A stretch of DNA of 64,000 bases from Myxococcota bacterium (GCA_039030515.1 JBCCEA010000020.1:11110-75109); one strand, 5' to 3'. Shown: positions 24,721 to 34,588, counted from the first letter of the stretch. The notes: generated from the letters alone by a model not told the origin. Numbers and translations are program-made.

Positions 24721-25208
24721 ACTTTCGCTGCTCGATATTCGGCGCATCATGGTTCGCATTCACTGCAGTGCTCAGCGCTTGCGGCGAATCCAGCAGCTCG
24801 AACCTGATGCTCGAAGTGGGCACTGGAACCTCAAGATTCGAAACCATTGAAGAGGGTGAGGTCGTCGATCTAACTCGAGGGTCCCAGGGAGGCTGGCATA
24901 TCTGGGTCAGCTTTCGGGTGACCGGCTTGATGGCAGACAACGCCGCCATCACCCTTACCAGGCAACTCGCGTCGGAGGAGGAGCCGGAATCCGTATCCCG
25001 CGTTCCGGCTCGCTTCGACCCGGAAGATTCAGAGGGTAGAAGGGCGGCACTCGGCTGGCCCTCGGTCGTCGTAGCCCCTGAGTGCAAGGTCGGCGAGCTC
25101 ATGCGATTTCACGCGGTCATGGAACTGCAGGGAAGAGAGGTGACGTCAGAGCGCTTCTTCGAACTGGGTCCAGGCAACTTCCCGCCCCCTTCCTGCGAGA
25201 CGCCCTGA
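24717..25208 (+). CDS. Hypothetical lipoprotein
   Basis: Lipobox LSAC; LEVGTG...F...G.QGG.HIW motif; ATGA overlap with the DUF2330 gene. Confidence 0.75.
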   Translation: MNFRCSIFGASWFAFTAVLSACGESSSSNLMLEVGTGTSRFETIEEGEVVDLTRGSQGGWHIWVSFRVTGLMADNAAITLTRQLASEEEPESVSRVPARFDPEDSEGRRAALGWPSVVVAPECKVGELMRFHAVMELQGREVTSERFFELGPGNFPPPSCETP

Positions 25209-25218
25209 ATGCCGATAG

Positions 25219-25632
25219 CTACTTCGTCTCGGACACCGTTCGAACCAGCGCGATTCCCACAGTTCTGAGGCACTCCTGAATCGGCTCCGAATCGATGTTC
25301 GCCTGCAAATACGAAGCGAGTGCCGGCTCGTTCTCGTGAAACCAAAGCAGGGAATCCTCAACGCGGCAGGCCGAATCGAGATCCTCAAAGTCCACAACCC
25401 CCACTTCACGGCCGAAGCCTTCGCGCAAGCACTCGACGATTACCTCAGCATGAAAGACAGCGTGCATCAGCTGTGCGGGCCCTTCTTGCTCGAGCCTGAG
25501 AGACAGGTAGCGACTGGCGTGCGGTTGTGATTCGATGAAGTGGGCGACGGCGAGCTGCGTATAGCTCGGATCGGCCAGACGATTTGAGATTTCGCTTATC
25601 TTAGCCGCCACTCCAGCTTCCGAAATGGGCAT
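25219..25632 (-). CDS. Hypothetical protein
   Basis: 137-aa ORF filling the gap; protein-like composition; no recognisable motif. Confidence 0.65.
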   Translation of the reverse strand: MPISEAGVAAKISEISNRLADPSYTQLAVAHFIESQPHASRYLSLRLEQEGPAQLMHAVFHAEVIVECLREGFGREVGVVDFEDLDSACRVEDSLLWFHENEPALASYLQANIDSEPIQECLRTVGIALVRTVSETK

Positions 25633-25720
25633 GACTCAAACGCTACCCCAGCCATGCACCGGACACCATCCCCCAAAATGCAAGTGTACTTGTGAACCTT
25701 CAAGCTCCTCCTGTGCTTCC

Positions 25721-26047
25721 GGGGCGCTAGCTGTTTCGACCAACCTAAGCCCGCTGGGAGGTGGTGATGGCCGTTCAAACCCATCGAGACGCGCTCCAGC
25801 GGGTCTAGGTTGGTTCAAACAGCCAGCGCCCCCGTGGCGAGGAGGAGGAGGGTACTTAAGGTACCTAACGACGACGAGCGAAGAGGAAAGCAGCTGTTTG
25901 GGCCGTCTCAGCGACCACCCCCCAGGGGGTTTAGGTTGGTTCAAACAGCCAGCGCCCCCGTGGCGAGGAGGAGGAGGGTACTTAAGGTACCTGACGACGA
26001 CGAGCGAGGCGGAAAGCGGCTGTTTGGGCCGACATAGACCCCCTGGG
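25721..26047 (+). repeat. Structured hairpin repeat cluster (one inverted partial copy plus two direct copies)
   Basis: Direct copies 25812-25904 and 25938-26030 (the second extended by the stem 25921/26047); inverted partial copy 25721-25757; core GAGGAGGAGGAGGGTAC-TTAAG-GTACCT(G/A)ACGACGACGAG. Confidence 0.88.
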
Positions 26048-26128
26048 AGTGATTTCAGATGCGCATGGACCAAGCCTCATGCATCTTTCGCCGCTCAGTG
26101 ATCCTGTTGACGCCGAAAGGTCTGCCGT

Positions 26129-27625
26129 ATGAACGGAACTCGGAGCCGAACCCACACCGGCGATAGCACAGACAACCAAACCACGAACAGCGACGCAACC
26201 ATCGGGCAAACTTCCTTGACGCCAGAATGGATCGAGCGCGTTGGGATCATGAACGACTACGTGAGCATTCCCTATGCAAACGGATCTTCATTTGCCTCTC
26301 AGTTTTTGTATCGAGAACTCGAATCGAGAGGACATCAGGTGACCGTGGTGGGTCCCGCAGACCCCGACGCGACCGCAAAGACCCTCCCGCCGCGTCATGT
26401 AAGCCTCGCCTCGCTTCCCCTGCGAAACCATCCTGGCGTACATCTGCCGATGCCGAGTCGCCGAGGGCTCGCCGAACTCGCAAATCAGAAATTCGACCTA
26501 GTACTCGGTCAGACCTGTACCGCGTTGATGGACGTCGGCGTTTGGCTGCGACAAATCCAGAGGATACCGCTCGTGTTGGTCAATACGGTGCACCTACCGA
26601 GTGTGTACAACACGCTACTTCCAGAGGCGCTCAACCGAAGCGAGCAGGTCCACTCACTTTTCCAGAGCAGATTGATACCCTGGGTCGAAGGCCAAACAGT
26701 CGATATCTACAATCGAGGAGACGGTCTGATCGTGCTCTCTCCAGGATTGAAAACCTACTGGAGAGATCGGGGAGTGACCGTTCCCATTCACGTCATCGGA
26801 CGTGCCGTGGAACCCAAGATCTTTGACCGGCCTGCCGGGGCAGATCCCTACCCCTCTGGAGCCCAGAAAGGGGGTCGTCTTTTGGTTGTTTGTCGGCATG
26901 TCCGCGAAAAAAGCGTGAGTCGACTGCTGAAGACGTTCGCTCGGTACGTAAGCCCCCGTCACCCCGAAGCCAGCCTCACTCTAGTCGGCGACGGTCCCGA
27001 CCATGAGCAGTTTATCTCGGAGGCCGCCAAGCTTGGAATCGAGGAGCGCACGTTTTTTGTCGGCGAACAGTCTCAGACCGACATCATGGAGTACTACGCC
27101 CACGGAGACTTATTCGTCTACACCTCCCTTTCGGAAACTTATGGACAAGTGGTCACCGAAGCACTGTGGTGCGGCATGCCGGTAGTCGCTTTTCACGACG
27201 GGATGGGGGTTTCCGGACAGATCGCGTCAGGCGAGGATGGCGAACTGATCGACCCCAGCCGAGGGCAAGATTCAGATGAGGAGTTTGGTTCGAAAGTAGC
27301 TGCGCTCCTGGGCGACGTGGCTCGTCGTCAGTCGTTTGCCGCGGAGGCGAAGAGGCGGGCGCGGCTCAGAGCCAATCCTGAGATGTGCATCCAGCGCTAC
27401 TATGAAGCGTTTGAAGAAGCACGCATGCACCTCGGCCAAGCGGGGCCGAAGGGCTCACAGTCCTCTCGTTCAAAAGAGCCCTCTGCGTCGAAACTGAAGC
27501 CACTCGTTCCCCTCGCACGAATGGCCGGACTGCATTCATTGGTGCTGGCCCTGGGGCTGATTCGTCCACCTGCTCGAGTGAACCGCAACGGCAGCGCAAC
27601 TCCAAGCTGGACGCTTTCGGTCTGA
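26129..27625 (+). CDS. GT4-family glycosyltransferase (diacylglycerol glycosyltransferase-like)
   Basis: DY....NG, REK, LVGDGP, SETYGQVVTEALWCG (Ex7E) motifs. Confidence 0.88.
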   Translation: MNGTRSRTHTGDSTDNQTTNSDATIGQTSLTPEWIERVGIMNDYVSIPYANGSSFASQFLYRELESRGHQVTVVGPADPDATAKTLPPRHVSLASLPLRNHPGVHLPMPSRRGLAELANQKFDLVLGQTCTALMDVGVWLRQIQRIPLVLVNTVHLPSVYNTLLPEALNRSEQVHSLFQSRLIPWVEGQTVDIYNRGDGLIVLSPGLKTYWRDRGVTVPIHVIGRAVEPKIFDRPAGADPYPSGAQKGGRLLVVCRHVREKSVSRLLKTFARYVSPRHPEASLTLVGDGPDHEQFISEAAKLGIEERTFFVGEQSQTDIMEYYAHGDLFVYTSLSETYGQVVTEALWCGMPVVAFHDGMGVSGQIASGEDGELIDPSRGQDSDEEFGSKVAALLGDVARRQSFAAEAKRRARLRANPEMCIQRYYEAFEEARMHLGQAGPKGSQSSRSKEPSASKLKPLVPLARMAGLHSLVLALGLIRPPARVNRNGSATPSWTLSV

Positions 27626-27719
27626 TAAGAGGTCGCGTGGCTCTTGTCGCTGCCGAAACTCGGTGCCGCGGCAAGAGCCACACCGCTCGGACAAAGTCAC
27701 TATCTCAGCAGAAAAGACG

Positions 27720-28730
27720 CTAGCGCGTCTGCAGCATCGACGAGATGACGTACGCAAAAACCAGGGGAGCCACGATTGTGGCGTCTGATTCGATGATGAA
27801 CTTCGGGGTCTCGGTGCCGAGCTTGCCCCAGGTGATCTTCTCATTGGGGACAGCGCCACTGTAGCCACCATAGCTCGTGCTGCTTTCAGAAATCTGGCAG
27901 AAATACGACCATAGGGGCGCGGTTCGTCCGAGATCTTGATGAAGCATCGGCACGACACAGATCGGAAAGTCACCCGCGATACCGCCACCGATCTGGAAAA
28001 AACCGAGCGGAGTCTGCGGCGCGGTGTGCTCGTACCACGAGGCGAGCTCTTTCATGGCGTGCAGCCCGCCCTTGATCACTCGATTGAGGTCTTTCAAGTC
28101 GCCCCGTATGTGCGCCGCAACGCACATATTCCCCAAAGTGGAATCTTCCCAGCCCGGTACATACACGGGCAAATCACGCTCTGCTGCGGCCACGAGCCAA
28201 GAGTCCTGAGGGTCGACCTGATACTCTTTTTGCAGGACGCCAGAGCGGATCAGCTCGTACAGATACTCGTGAGGAAACCGAGGCGCTGCCTCAGCATCGG
28301 CGATCTTCCACAGCTTGATCACCTCATTTTCGACGCGGCGCATCGCTTCGTGTTCTGGAATGCAGGTGTCGGTCACGCGATTGAGACGGCGTTCGAGCAG
28401 TGCCTGCTCGTCTTTCGCACTGAGCGCACGCCACTCGGCGATACGCACATAGTGGTCATGTGCCACTAGATTGAACAGGTCTTCCTCAAGATTGGCGCCA
28501 GTACAGGTGAGCGCGTGAACCGCACCCGCCCGGATCAGCTCAGCGAGAGACAGACCGAGTTCCGCCGTGCTCATCGCTCCGGCCAGGGTCACCATCATCT
28601 GCCCTCCCGACCTTAGGTGTGCCGCCCACGCCCGCGCAGCGTCGACAAGTGCGGCCGCATTGAAGTGGCGGTAGTGACGGTCCAGGAACCTTTGGACCGA
28701 GTGCACATCGTTCGCGTCATGTGAAGTCAT
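27720..28730 (-). CDS. Deoxyhypusine synthase-family protein (likely homospermidine synthase-type in bacteria)
   Basis: LAGAMSTAELG, TGANLEED, PGWEDSTLGN, IGGGIAGDF, GGYSGAVPNEKITWGK, ESDATIV. Confidence 0.92.
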   Translation of the reverse strand: MTSHDANDVHSVQRFLDRHYRHFNAAALVDAARAWAAHLRSGGQMMVTLAGAMSTAELGLSLAELIRAGAVHALTCTGANLEEDLFNLVAHDHYVRIAEWRALSAKDEQALLERRLNRVTDTCIPEHEAMRRVENEVIKLWKIADAEAAPRFPHEYLYELIRSGVLQKEYQVDPQDSWLVAAAERDLPVYVPGWEDSTLGNMCVAAHIRGDLKDLNRVIKGGLHAMKELASWYEHTAPQTPLGFFQIGGGIAGDFPICVVPMLHQDLGRTAPLWSYFCQISESSTSYGGYSGAVPNEKITWGKLGTETPKFIIESDATIVAPLVFAYVISSMLQTR

Positions 28731-28917
28731 GGCGTCCAGTCCTTAGGGGTGAAATTGCTCGTGTCAATCCAAGCTCGGCTGAGCGAGGTCCACTCAAGCG
28801 AAGCATGCATCCCGGCACCTCAGGCCACGCTCCGAGATGCCGAGCCAAAAGCCCAAGCGGATTTAAGCCGCTTTCGAAACGATGGACAGCCGCCTGTGAT
28901 GAGCGCAGAATTGTAAA

Positions 28918-29976
28918 ATGGGAGAGAAATGGACTCCAGTAAACGATCCGTGCTGGCTAGCTTTTAAGGAGAAACACGGTCGAGGTGAGGCCGAACGAAC
29001 ACTCGACAACCCTCCTTCGGAGCTCTCGTTTGACTACGAGCGTCGTGATAAGGGGACCGGTGAATATTTGTTCGATTTCGAAAGGCCAGAGCATACCTAC
29101 ATAGCGACAAATGAGAACTTTATCTCAGAAGCTAGAGCAATCTTACATAATCAACTCCCATCCGGAAACTCTGGACTCTATCTCTCGGTCAGGGCCGAGC
29201 GCGGGTTACAGGGGGCTTATCTGGCAGGAGCAAAGGGTCTATTGCTCATCAACGCAACCCCGGTCGAATACTTATTCAACAAGGTTAATCTGGAACTCTT
29301 TCGCATGGCCCGCAACCTTAAGGACTACAAGGACCTACGAAGGAACCCGGACAACGTGACTGCGCGTTTTTCGCAAGACGCATCAGATTATGTCAAGAGG
29401 CTAATCAAATTCGCGACCGAATCACAACCTATCGCGCGCAAATCGATTAAATTCTGGGATTCCTATGCCAACTCGCCTGAAATGCATCGTTTAGCAGAAG
29501 CTCAAAATGCAGCACAAACAACTGGCTTAGGCACTCACTACCTAAACAACGAACGTGCTTTTAATTACCTGAAACGTCTTGTGAACCGACGGCAAATAGG
29601 AGTGGTTAGCCTGTACCTCGGGCACACCATGTTGGTTCGTGTTCTGGCCAATTGGTTAAGACATTTTCCGGACAAAGTCAGCGTACTCGATATCGAAACC
29701 GCCTGGATGTTTCGGCACACGGGTGTAGAGTTCGCCGCATGTCTCGATGAACTAAAACCCTGTTTCGGACCTCGAACGATAATGCTCGCCGACCACGACC
29801 AAGAGAGGTGCCGTTACGAAGGCTGGAAAAAGGTTTATGAGGACGTCAGACACTGCGTATCATACGCTATAGACCCCCATACACCCGGAGACGAGCTTGT
29901 GCATCGCATGCGGGGACTTCAAACGCGTGGGCCGATCTATTACCCGTTCTTGAACCGAGGACGCCGGAGGAGCTGA
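28918..29976 (+). CDS. Hypothetical protein, lower GC, possible degenerate class I SAM-binding fold
   Basis: 352-aa ORF; YIATNE...GLYLSVRAERG...LLLIN pattern; sampled line 29461-29520 is 27/60 GC. Confidence 0.6.
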   Translation: MGEKWTPVNDPCWLAFKEKHGRGEAERTLDNPPSELSFDYERRDKGTGEYLFDFERPEHTYIATNENFISEARAILHNQLPSGNSGLYLSVRAERGLQGAYLAGAKGLLLINATPVEYLFNKVNLELFRMARNLKDYKDLRRNPDNVTARFSQDASDYVKRLIKFATESQPIARKSIKFWDSYANSPEMHRLAEAQNAAQTTGLGTHYLNNERAFNYLKRLVNRRQIGVVSLYLGHTMLVRVLANWLRHFPDKVSVLDIETAWMFRHTGVEFAACLDELKPCFGPRTIMLADHDQERCRYEGWKKVYEDVRHCVSYAIDPHTPGDELVHRMRGLQTRGPIYYPFLNRGRRRS

Positions 29977-29981
29977 GCTCG

Positions 29982-31418
29982 CTAGACCATACGAGACGGC
30001 GGCACCGATGGGTTGAGGGACTGCTCCGTAGCGGAGGCGAGTCGGAAGCGCACGGTCGTTCCGGCTCCGAGCGCGGACGTGATCTCGAGCGTGCCTCCGT
30101 GCTGCTCGATGATGCGCTTGCAAAGGGGCAATCCCATTCCCAAACCGGGATAGGTTCCCGGTCGATGAAGCTGTTTGAAGAGAGAGAGCGCCCTCGTCGC
30201 CTCAGTTTGAGGAAATCCAATCCCGTTGTCGGCAACGGAGATCTGCCAAAAAGGCCCGTCTTTTTGAGCAGACACGCGTACCTGAAGCAGCAACTCACTC
30301 TGGAACTTGAGTGAATTGCTGATGAGCGTTCGAAAGGCTTCTTTCAATAGACGCCGGTCGCCGCGGACGCAGGGGAGCCTATCAAACTCAATTCGCTGTC
30401 CATCGAGCTCCCCCTGGAACTCGCTCCATACTTCGGTCACGACCCGCTCCAAATCGATCGACTCAGAACGCACCTCTTCGCTCACCGAAGCATAGCGATG
30501 CATCGCCGCGACGAGGTGGTTCATGCGCACGGCGTGAACCGAGAGTCTACCGAGCACGTCTTCGGCCTCGGGACTCCAGTTGGTACCGCCATCCTCCTTG
30601 AGCAGCTGCACCAAACCGAGCGCCGTGCGGAGCGGGGCCTGCAAATCGTGAGCTGCCGCGTATGCGAAACGCTCGAGCTCGCGGTTCCGCTCTCTCAGCC
30701 ATCGATCTCGCTCGGTAACGTCCTGAAACACGCCAAATATGCCGACCACTTCTCCAGAAACCACCTCGGGATAACCGATCGAGTGCACTTGGCGTTCGGC
30801 GCCGTCAGCTCGAATCAGGCGCAGCCGGAAATCAAAAGGCAGCTGATTCTGAACGGCAGCCTCCACGCTATTCGAGACAAACTGACGATCCTCAGGATGG
30901 TAGAATTCGATAGCTGTTTGCACGTCTGGAAAAAAAACTCTGGAATCCGTACCGTGAATGCGGTGCACCTGGCTAGACCAGTGCACCGCATTGCTCACGA
31001 GGTCTACGTGCCAGTGCCCTACTTGTGCCAAGACCTCTGCACTCTCAAGCCACTGATTTTGACGATCTAGAGCTCGCTTGGTCTCGTGCGCCTCGGTCAC
31101 ATCTCGAACACTGCAGTAGAGATACCCGCTACTGAGTCGCATATTCCACTGCAGTCGTCTGTAGGACCGGTCAGCGTGCTCAAAGCGGCTGACGAAACAG
31201 ATGGTCGTATTGTTTGACGAAAGCCGAGAAAGCTCAGCTTGAGTGAAGCCAACATCCTCAGCATGAACGCGATCGAGAAGCGAGAGCGACTCGAGTACTT
31301 CGAGCTCCCAACCGAGTAGCTCGGTCCAGGCCTCGTTCAGCCAACAGAAGTTTCCGTTGGGTAAAGCAATGCACAAAGGCTCACTCGAGAATCGTGCCAA
31401 GAGCTCGAAGTCCATCAC
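29982..31418 (-). CDS. PAS-PAS sensor histidine kinase
   Basis: Two PAS domains (VHAED, YHPEDR); H-box AHDLQAPLR; N-box LISNSLKF; DNGIGF; GMGL.LCKRII..HGG. Confidence 0.93.
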   Translation of the reverse strand: MMDFELLARFSSEPLCIALPNGNFCWLNEAWTELLGWELEVLESLSLLDRVHAEDVGFTQAELSRLSSNNTTICFVSRFEHADRSYRRLQWNMRLSSGYLYCSVRDVTEAHETKRALDRQNQWLESAEVLAQVGHWHVDLVSNAVHWSSQVHRIHGTDSRVFFPDVQTAIEFYHPEDRQFVSNSVEAAVQNQLPFDFRLRLIRADGAERQVHSIGYPEVVSGEVVGIFGVFQDVTERDRWLRERNRELERFAYAAAHDLQAPLRTALGLVQLLKEDGGTNWSPEAEDVLGRLSVHAVRMNHLVAAMHRYASVSEEVRSESIDLERVVTEVWSEFQGELDGQRIEFDRLPCVRGDRRLLKEAFRTLISNSLKFQSELLLQVRVSAQKDGPFWQISVADNGIGFPQTEATRALSLFKQLHRPGTYPGLGMGLPLCKRIIEQHGGTLEITSALGAGTTVRFRLASATEQSLNPSVPPSRMV

Positions 31419-31562
31419 AACCGCCTAAACAAGCTTATGAATCTCGATACTGACAATCGTTTTCAGAACTCCTGGGGTTCATCGTAACTGTTTTCTGCCG
31501 ATCTTTCGAAGAGCGTCGTCACCGAAAAACGATGTTTCTTTTATGAAACCTTATGGTAACCG

Positions 31563-32804
31563 ATGAATCAGCGTACATCTAGCTCGTTGGAGTCAGGCGC
31601 GAGTCGAGTCTCACACTCGAAACTACGCTCTACCGATCGCTCGGAACACTACCTCAAGGTAGAGCTGGACACGCTAGTTCAGCGCGACGCATCGATCTTT
31701 GAGTTCATTCAGGCGGGTTCTCTCGACGGGATTTGGTATTGGGACCTCGAGCATAAAGAGCATGAATGGATGAGTCCTCGGTTCAAAGAGGTCTTTGGCT
31801 TCGAAGATCATGAAATGGCCAATACCCCACAATGGTGGCAGGACAACATCCATCCAGAGGATTTGCAAACAGCGTTAAAGAACTTTGAAGCACACTGCGC
31901 CGATCCGGAATGTCCATACGACCAGGTCGTGCGATACCGCCACAGAGACGGTTCGACCAAGTGGATCCGCTGCAGAGGCATCGTCCTTCGCAGTGCGACA
32001 GGTGTGCCTGTTCGCATGCTGGGAGCCCACACCGACCTCACAGAGCAGAAGCGAGTCGAACAGGAACTACGTAGTGCCAACGAGAAGCTCAAGCGGTCCA
32101 ACGACGACCTACAAGCATTTGCCTATGCGGTGAGCCACGATCTTCTCGGACCCCTCCGAACCATCGTCGGACTGACCTCACTTCTCAGGGAAGACCTCGA
32201 GGGGGAACCAAATCCCGACATCGCTACATACCTTTGTCGAATCGATACCACTTCCGAACGACTTCGAACCTGCAGCCGTGAACTCCTCCGATATGCAAGA
32301 TTGGACGCAGATTCTGAGCCGCTCCTCGTCGTGGATCTCCAGCACTTGGTTGAGGAGGTGCTCGAGTCGCTCGACACCAACATCCAGGAAGCTGAGGCGA
32401 CGATCGAATGCCGTCAGTTGCCGATGGTGATGGGTTATCCAGCACAGCTGGCATCGCTCTTTTCAAATCTAATCGGAAACGCACTCAAATTTCGAGGCGA
32501 TGCTCCTGCCCGAATCCAGATCGGCTCCCGCCACCTTGAAACCGAACCCTCGCAAGTCGAAATTCGAGTCGCTGACGAAGGGATCGGGTTTTCCGGACAA
32601 CACGCGAACCAAATCTTCGAACTCTTTCGCCAGCTAAAACAGGACCTTGAAGGCGGCGTCGGGATGGGTCTTGCACTATGCAAGCGAATTGTATCCCGCC
32701 ACGGCGGTGAGATTCGCGCGGAATCTGAGCTCGGCAAAGGATCCTGCTTTATATTCACGCTTCCTGCAAAAGAACCTCTGAACATGAGCCCGAAGGCACC
32801 GTGA
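31563..32804 (+). CDS. PAS sensor histidine kinase
   Basis: PAS_3 (DGIWYWD...IHPED...RYRHRDG...RMLGAHTD); SHDLLGPLR; NLIGNALKF; DEGIGF; GMGLALCKRI. Confidence 0.93.
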   Translation: MNQRTSSSLESGASRVSHSKLRSTDRSEHYLKVELDTLVQRDASIFEFIQAGSLDGIWYWDLEHKEHEWMSPRFKEVFGFEDHEMANTPQWWQDNIHPEDLQTALKNFEAHCADPECPYDQVVRYRHRDGSTKWIRCRGIVLRSATGVPVRMLGAHTDLTEQKRVEQELRSANEKLKRSNDDLQAFAYAVSHDLLGPLRTIVGLTSLLREDLEGEPNPDIATYLCRIDTTSERLRTCSRELLRYARLDADSEPLLVVDLQHLVEEVLESLDTNIQEAEATIECRQLPMVMGYPAQLASLFSNLIGNALKFRGDAPARIQIGSRHLETEPSQVEIRVADEGIGFSGQHANQIFELFRQLKQDLEGGVGMGLALCKRIVSRHGGEIRAESELGKGSCFIFTLPAKEPLNMSPKAP

Positions 32805-33265
32805 TTCAAAGTCCGATGCCTTCCCAATGCGAATCTGCACCCGCTCTGCACCCGTTGGTCTTGCTGGTCGACGACAACGAGGACGATCGGTGGTTGGCCA
32901 AGCTGTGGCTAGAGAGACACGGTGCCAAGGTAGAAACCGCCAGCGACGGGGAGGAAGCCCTCAACGCGATATGCACACGAGATTACGACTTGGTACTCCT
33001 AGATATCGACATGCCGAAATTGACAGGACTCGATGTGCTCGATCGATTGCGGGCTCAGGCCTGCGGAAAGCGGCAGCAGCCTGCTGTGGTCGTACTTACG
33101 GCGTCAGACGCACCAACAGATCGAAAACGAGCTGCGGTGTATCCAAGGCTTCAGGGCTACCTTGTCAAACCTTTGGATCGAAACTCAGTACGAAACGTGC
33201 TGTCGGCAGTGCGGTGCATCGATGACGACCGTTCAAGCAAACCGGGGTCTTGCGAAGAGGCATAG
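32801..33265 (+). CDS. Single-domain response regulator (CheY/Rcp1-like)
   Basis: LLVDDN, LLDIDMP..TG, LTAS, YLVKP; GTGA overlap with the kinase. Confidence 0.9.
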   Translation: MIQSPMPSQCESAPALHPLVLLVDDNEDDRWLAKLWLERHGAKVETASDGEEALNAICTRDYDLVLLDIDMPKLTGLDVLDRLRAQACGKRQQPAVVVLTASDAPTDRKRAAVYPRLQGYLVKPLDRNSVRNVLSAVRCIDDDRSSKPGSCEEA

Positions 33266-33346
33266 CGTATCACGGCTACCATAGCGCGTGACGCTGGCCA
33301 TCGTGCCCGGTCGGATGTAACGCCGCCATCGGTTGATGCCCGTAGC

Positions 33347-34588
33347 TTACTCTGCGGGACTGGATCGATGATCTGGAATGTCCGGACGAGAAGCCGATGC
33401 GTCGCCTGAGGCCGGCGCGAGCTCCTTGACCTTGAGCAGTTTGGCTGAAATGAGCGCCAGGGGAACCACGGCGACGCTAAACAGTGCTCCCATCTTGGCA
33501 GACCCCTGAAGCACCGCATCGGTGAACGCCACTCCGGCCACAAAAAGAGCTACCGTAAGGCCCAAGCCCGCGATTAGACCGGCAACCGCAAGGCTTTTTC
33601 CGTTCATGCCCTCGGGTAGTTTAAATCCGGCTCGATCTGCCACCATCGAAAACAGGAAGATTCCGACCGACTTCCCAAGGATGAGCCCTGCGAGAACCGC
33701 CCAGGTCGCATGTCCGATCGAGGAGAGCTCGACTCCGGCGTTCGCGAGCCCGAATCCCGCCAAGCCGAAATCTACGAAAACTTTGAAGTCATGCTCGAAG
33801 CGGTTGAGCGTGTCTGAATGAGCATGGTGATCATCCGCTGTCTCCGCGAACAGCCCCTCGTCGTGGGCACTCGCCGGCATGAAGGGCACGACCGCCACGA
33901 GCGCAAGCGAGGGATGCAGGTGCGCGAAAAACAGACCGGCCCAGGAGAGCACACCGGGACCCAGCAAATAGGCCCAGTAGTTTTGGACGTTTTTCTTACG
34001 GAGCGCGTAGGCGAGGAGACACGCGACGACGACCAGTGCAAGCCAAACGGGGGCCACCGGATTGTGAGGATCCGGATAAAAGATAGCGATAATCCCGAGT
34101 CCGATCGCATCGTCCGCTACCGCCAGCAGCAGCAGGAAGCTCACCGCGGGATGGGACGCCCCGAAACACAGACGGGCCACAAGCCAAGCGAGCGCGATAT
34201 CCGTTGCTGTCGGAATACCCCAACCGTTTGCAATATCGCTCTGCCCCGAAATGGCGACATATAGAAGGTACACCGCTACCGGCCCAAAAACCCCACCAAG
34301 CGTTCCCATCAGTGGATTGATCGCTTTTTTAGGTGGGTTGAGTGCTCCCCCCGGCAGCGCCGCCTCCGTGATCTCCTTGGCTGCGATGCCGAAAAACAAA
34401 GCCATGAAGAGATCGTTCATCACAAAATGGAAGTTGAGGTGGCTGTCTTCCCCAAGCGGCGAGAAGTGAATGAAGTGGTGGTAGCCGTGAGGGTCGACGT
34501 TTGCCCAGATCAGTGCTCCGAGCACTCCGCCGATCAGTGGAATGGAAAACTCTTGCAGCAGCTTCAGCGTGTGTTGTGGGCTAGGCAT
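33347..34588 (-). CDS. nhaA: Na+/H+ antiporter NhaA
   Basis: NDLFMALFF, GWGIPTATDIA, LAVADD, F..ANAGV, GL.LGK..GI, G.GLTVALF. Confidence 0.9.
   Translation of the reverse strand: MPSPQHTLKLLQEFSIPLIGGVLGALIWANVDPHGYHHFIHFSPLGEDSHLNFHFVMNDLFMALFFGIAAKEITEAALPGGALNPPKKAINPLMGTLGGVFGPVAVYLLYVAISGQSDIANGWGIPTATDIALAWLVARLCFGASHPAVSFLLLLAVADDAIGLGIIAIFYPDPHNPVAPVWLALVVVACLLAYALRKKNVQNYWAYLLGPGVLSWAGLFFAHLHPSLALVAVVPFMPASAHDEGLFAETADDHHAHSDTLNRFEHDFKVFVDFGLAGFGLANAGVELSSIGHATWAVLAGLILGKSVGIFLFSMVADRAGFKLPEGMNGKSLAVAGLIAGLGLTVALFVAGVAFTDAVLQGSAKMGALFSVAVVPLALISAKLLKVKELAPASGDASASRPDIPDHRSSPAE

Noticed and set aside
25721..26047. CRISPR array interpretation of this, the 6607 and the 63842 repeats
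   Set aside because: Units are too long (~93 nt), lack spacers, or are irregularly spaced; no cas genes in the window
25625..26101. ORFs 25625..26101 (+) and 25636..26073 (-) with duplicated peptides; likewise 40178..40612 (-)
   Set aside because: They are translations of the hairpin repeats; the family has indels between loci that are not multiples of three (TTAAG vs TAAG loop), so conservation is not at protein level
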